From assembly GCF_002113885.1 (NCBI RefSeq), contig NW_018404995.1, forward strand, positions 395,248 to 459,247: a stretch of DNA of 64,000 nucleotides. Direction: 5' to 3'. The position numbers and the translations under genes were made by a program. Each line of letters begins with the position of its first letter. Within the stretch, counting starts at the first letter, position 1. The notes under the pieces are model-generated. The model made no database searches. It was not told the origin of the DNA and saw only the letters and a list, made by a program, of their open reading frames with translations. This stretch comes from Mizuhopecten yessoensis. Lineage: Eukaryota. This document shows, in pieces, positions 60,220 to 64,000 of the stretch.

Positions 60220-63200
60220 ATTTAATAAACTGAAACAACTCAAACATGCAATAAATTAGCATACTTGAAAATGGTCTATGTCGCGGTTATTTGCTAACCA
60301 AACACTGGTTGCGAATTAATGGAAACCTCAAGGCTGTTGCAATCGGCCTACAGGTGCTTGTTGCTATTTGATTAAACGAATATTCACGATGACTATGTAT
60401 ACGATACAAGGCGAAAGCTACACTTAAAAGCAGTCTGAGGATGCAAGAACTTTGGTGTGTGTCGGAAGAAATGTTAAGCAGGTTATCAAAATATCAACCG
60501 GTTCACACAATATTTCCATCCAGGAAGAGACCATCGAGGTGCGTTCTACGTCACAGAAATCGTTAAACTCTTGTGAAGATTGTATGGTCCAAGGCTATTG
60601 TAAAGGAATGTTTATTTTCTTTATTCAATCAATATTCCCAGCTTCAAAATAAATATATCAAAATTATAAATTATACTTTTTTGTTTTGCTTTTTTTTTTC
60701 AATGTTATTTCTCACTTCCTGTATTTTTACACTAATACCCCGAACCAATTACCGGATCCGGACTGAATGATCCGACTCCAATCGTATAATATAAGATTGA
60801 GCATTGTAACTAGACATACATTATCTGTTAAACGTCTCTGTTTGAACCAATACAAGTGTTGCAAAGGCGAGGCAAATCAGAGATAAGTTAGACGAACAAC
60901 AATTTCAATCCGGTTGAAGTTGTTTTTCCACTGATTAGTCCGATTGCCCGGTTAATATAGCTTTGAGATCCATTAATTCACAACCATTGGGAATTTCTAG
61001 TAAAGTTCTACAAGAACAAACAGGGATATGTGATCAGCAAATAGATTTACGGTGAGAAATATGAAAAGAAACTGACTAAGTACTGGTTTAATATTTAAAT
61101 TTGACTCGGCCCTGTGACCTAAAACTAGCTCAAGGTATTTTTTTAGCAAAAATTATCGGACTCTGTTCAAGATAGTTAGTTAAAAACCAAACATTATGAA
61201 TGTAGGCATTAAAGTTTTTCAGAAGAATTCGTTTGAAGTTTTATACATATTTAACTTCTGTGAACTTGAAAGCCGTAAGTCTATGTCATTTTTGTTCGCA
61301 AACGTTTACGTTGTTTGGCTCCATCTAAAAAAAACTACCATCATATACTTTCGATAATGACTCTAGGCCTTTTGATTCTAAAGAAGAAGTCCTAGTTTGA
61401 TTTTTTTATCATTATTTAATTTCTACATGTGACCTTGAAAGTATGTCAATGCCATTTTTGTTTGCAAACTTTGTTCGGCTTCATCCAAGGAATCTACCAG
61501 TCTAATGGTGATCACACTGACAACATTGATTCATAAAGGAATAACACATACACTACTCAAACATGATACACTGTGGAAATCAATTAAGCATTAATAAAGC
61601 TGAATATGCTTTTACTCGTATGATGGGTACACCATGGATCAAACCATGTAAAGTCCATGTGTAAAAGCTTCAGCTTGCACCATAACAGGATGATTTTTTT
61701 TCTTTAAAAAATCCACATGAGCTCAAAAGTGCCTGCATGTACAATTTAGTTACTAATGTCAGAAAGAAAACTACGGCTACCAGGGAGTTAAAGAAAAAAG
61801 TTATTTAAATATAATTCTTTCCGTGTTGATCTTGTAGAAAGTCCTTGAAGTATTCGTGCAGTAATCCTTTTGAGAATGTTTTTTCTTCTTCTAAATCACA
61901 GTGTTTTAGATTAACAACCTTCTTGTGTTAATGATCATGTTCCCGTTGCAAAATACATATTTCTGTTTAAAGTGAGCACCATGCCAATCTAAATATGATG
62001 CATTAATTTTATTTGCATACTATTTATTCAGTTACAGCCGCCGAAACTCGCCGTGGTGTGTACATAATTTGTGCTATAAGTTATAATGATAGCCTGCTTT
62101 GCCGCGGCAATGTACTGTACATAGTACATATTTCTCTTTGCCGGGTTGGTATTTTTACTGAAAGTCGATCTTAACCCTTAAAACATGTAAAATTACTCCG
62201 AACACGCTAATTTAGGTCCACATGTAGTTGTAACAAATTCTAAGGTCCCTGTGTGTAGTCACGGACTTGGATCTAATCTAATTCCGTGGTGTAGTAACCA
62301 AGTTGGTTTGTGAAGTTAACCAAGTTGTCAGCAAATTAAAAATAAAGATTTGAAATAAAAATTTCATTGCTTATATATTCCATGGCCTTTTCATTAAACA
62401 AGACTTTCATAACAATTTGAATTCACTCAGTAGATTAAAAAATTATGAATGTTGTCTTGTAAGCTGTCCGGAATTTACTTAGCCCGGAAGTTTGCAGGTT
62501 TTAATTTTAAACGATGCGTGATGACATGTTGTGCAAGCTGAGAAGGAAAGTTTATAAAGATTTTGTACCGGTTGTGATTAATTTGCAAGAAGTATTCATG
62601 CGATCCTTTTTAATTAGGTAATATGCTTTGATGCTATAATTTGTTTGATGAATGAACAGAACTTTATGATTTCTTAGCTTATAGTATTCCCCCCTGCCAA
62701 ACTTTTCTGTACAACGGTCACACTCACAGTATGGTCCATTTTCAACCAAAACAACAAGAAGTCGTTGTTGGAGTCCTGTTTTCGTTACTAATCATGACAG
62801 TTCAGTGCGTGGTGTTAACTCAAAAATACCAGTATTTTAGTTTTAAGTTATTTGACGACACGCGAATGAAAATAAGTATCAGATTAAATTTCTTAACCAA
62901 ACATATAACATTAAAAGTAGGCTGCAGTATGTATTGCAGGGTCGGTTTTATCATCCCCGATTAGCTGTGTTGGTGAAAAGTCGGCACTGTGATGTGTATT
63001 TCAGCCTATGACACTATCATAATAAAATATGTATATTCGATCTTGTTATGTATCCAAATATTATCAAAGAAATAAACAAGGTTGTAGTGTAGCTACTGAC
63101 CTGAGAGAAGGAATATGTACTTCTAATTCGTTTCTTATAAAATAATGTAAGCTTTAATCCAATATAAAGAAAGGGATGATTTATTTAAACATGCATATTC

Positions 63201-64000
63201 ATGTTAAGGGGAGAGCAATGCCCAGATGAAATTTTTTGATGATGAAATATATTGCAATTACTGCCTGTGTATATGTAGGTCATATTGCATGACGCAGGGT
63301 AAGTCCATAACATATATATATATATATAAATATGAAATATACACTGGTACAGTATATATATGTGAACCTCTGTGGTGGATATTTGAACTCCTCATTTCTA
63401 GAGGTTGCATCATTGAAATAGTGTTATATTAGGTTGATATATCATATAAATAATTGGTTTGAATCAAGTGTTATGGTGTTGCTGGCTTTTCAGTTTGGAC
63501 GAAGATGAAAACTTTAAGGAGGTTTAATGAATCCTTTTCATATATTTTCATGAAGTGCTGATCATGAGAATAACATAAAAATCGTTCTGTTTAGGATTTG
63601 TGATACTATTACAGGATACCTAACATAATAGGAGTTTATTTATCATATATGAAATTGATTCAGTGATAAGTGTTGGAATTTAGAGTTCAGTTGATTATGC
63701 ACTACCACTGATATAAAGTTTGTGAGTATAAAAACTACACATTCTTTATGTGATACTTGAGACATACAAAACAAAAAGTTAGTTTTCATATGAGGATTTG
63801 AAGGTGAGTTTTCATTTCTGTAAGCAGTACTTGTATAAAGGTTTCTTGTTTTTGTTGCTGAATAGTTACTAGAAACACTGGTATTTGTTTAGCTGTATTT
63901 CAAATTTTAATAGCTCATTCACCTTCACAAAAATGAATTTTAATTTCCTGAAGTGTTGACATCTCTGATATTTTTTGTGTGATTTACATTTCAGATATAT

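Noticed and set aside
62460-64000. ETS-like CCGGAAGT and a terminal TTTCAG suggesting another gene start
   Set aside because: No coding exon is visible in the window to support it.

Overview
AT-rich, intron-rich animal genomic DNA; the repeat landscape resembles a bivalve mollusc (inference only). One assembly gap at 45659-46218. Five spliced genes can be reconstructed by hand with consistent GT-AG boundaries and phases: PGAP1 (-, 5' part only), NUDCD3 (+), RPL10/uL16 (-), SNX29 (+) and a Josephin deubiquitinase (-). PGAP1/NUDCD3 and RPL10/SNX29 are each head-to-head across less than 200 bp. The most striking feature is a polycistronic array of one box H/ACA snoRNA family in RPL10 introns: 10 recognisable full-length plus about 5 decayed copies in the last intron and one more in intron 3, partly amplified by a 1,665-bp tandem duplication. 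The 5' pocket fits the LSU rRNA peptidyl-transferase-centre site equivalent to yeast Psi2944 (snR37; human SNORA10 target); some 3' pockets may target helix 89, where uL16 itself binds. Also present: a minimal Penelope-type hammerhead ribozyme, repeated tandem duplications anchored on splice donors (including three in-frame tandem donors in SNX29), nested DNA transposons with readable TSDs, Helentron/HINE-like elements and many minisatellites. Most entries in the ORF track are spurious.
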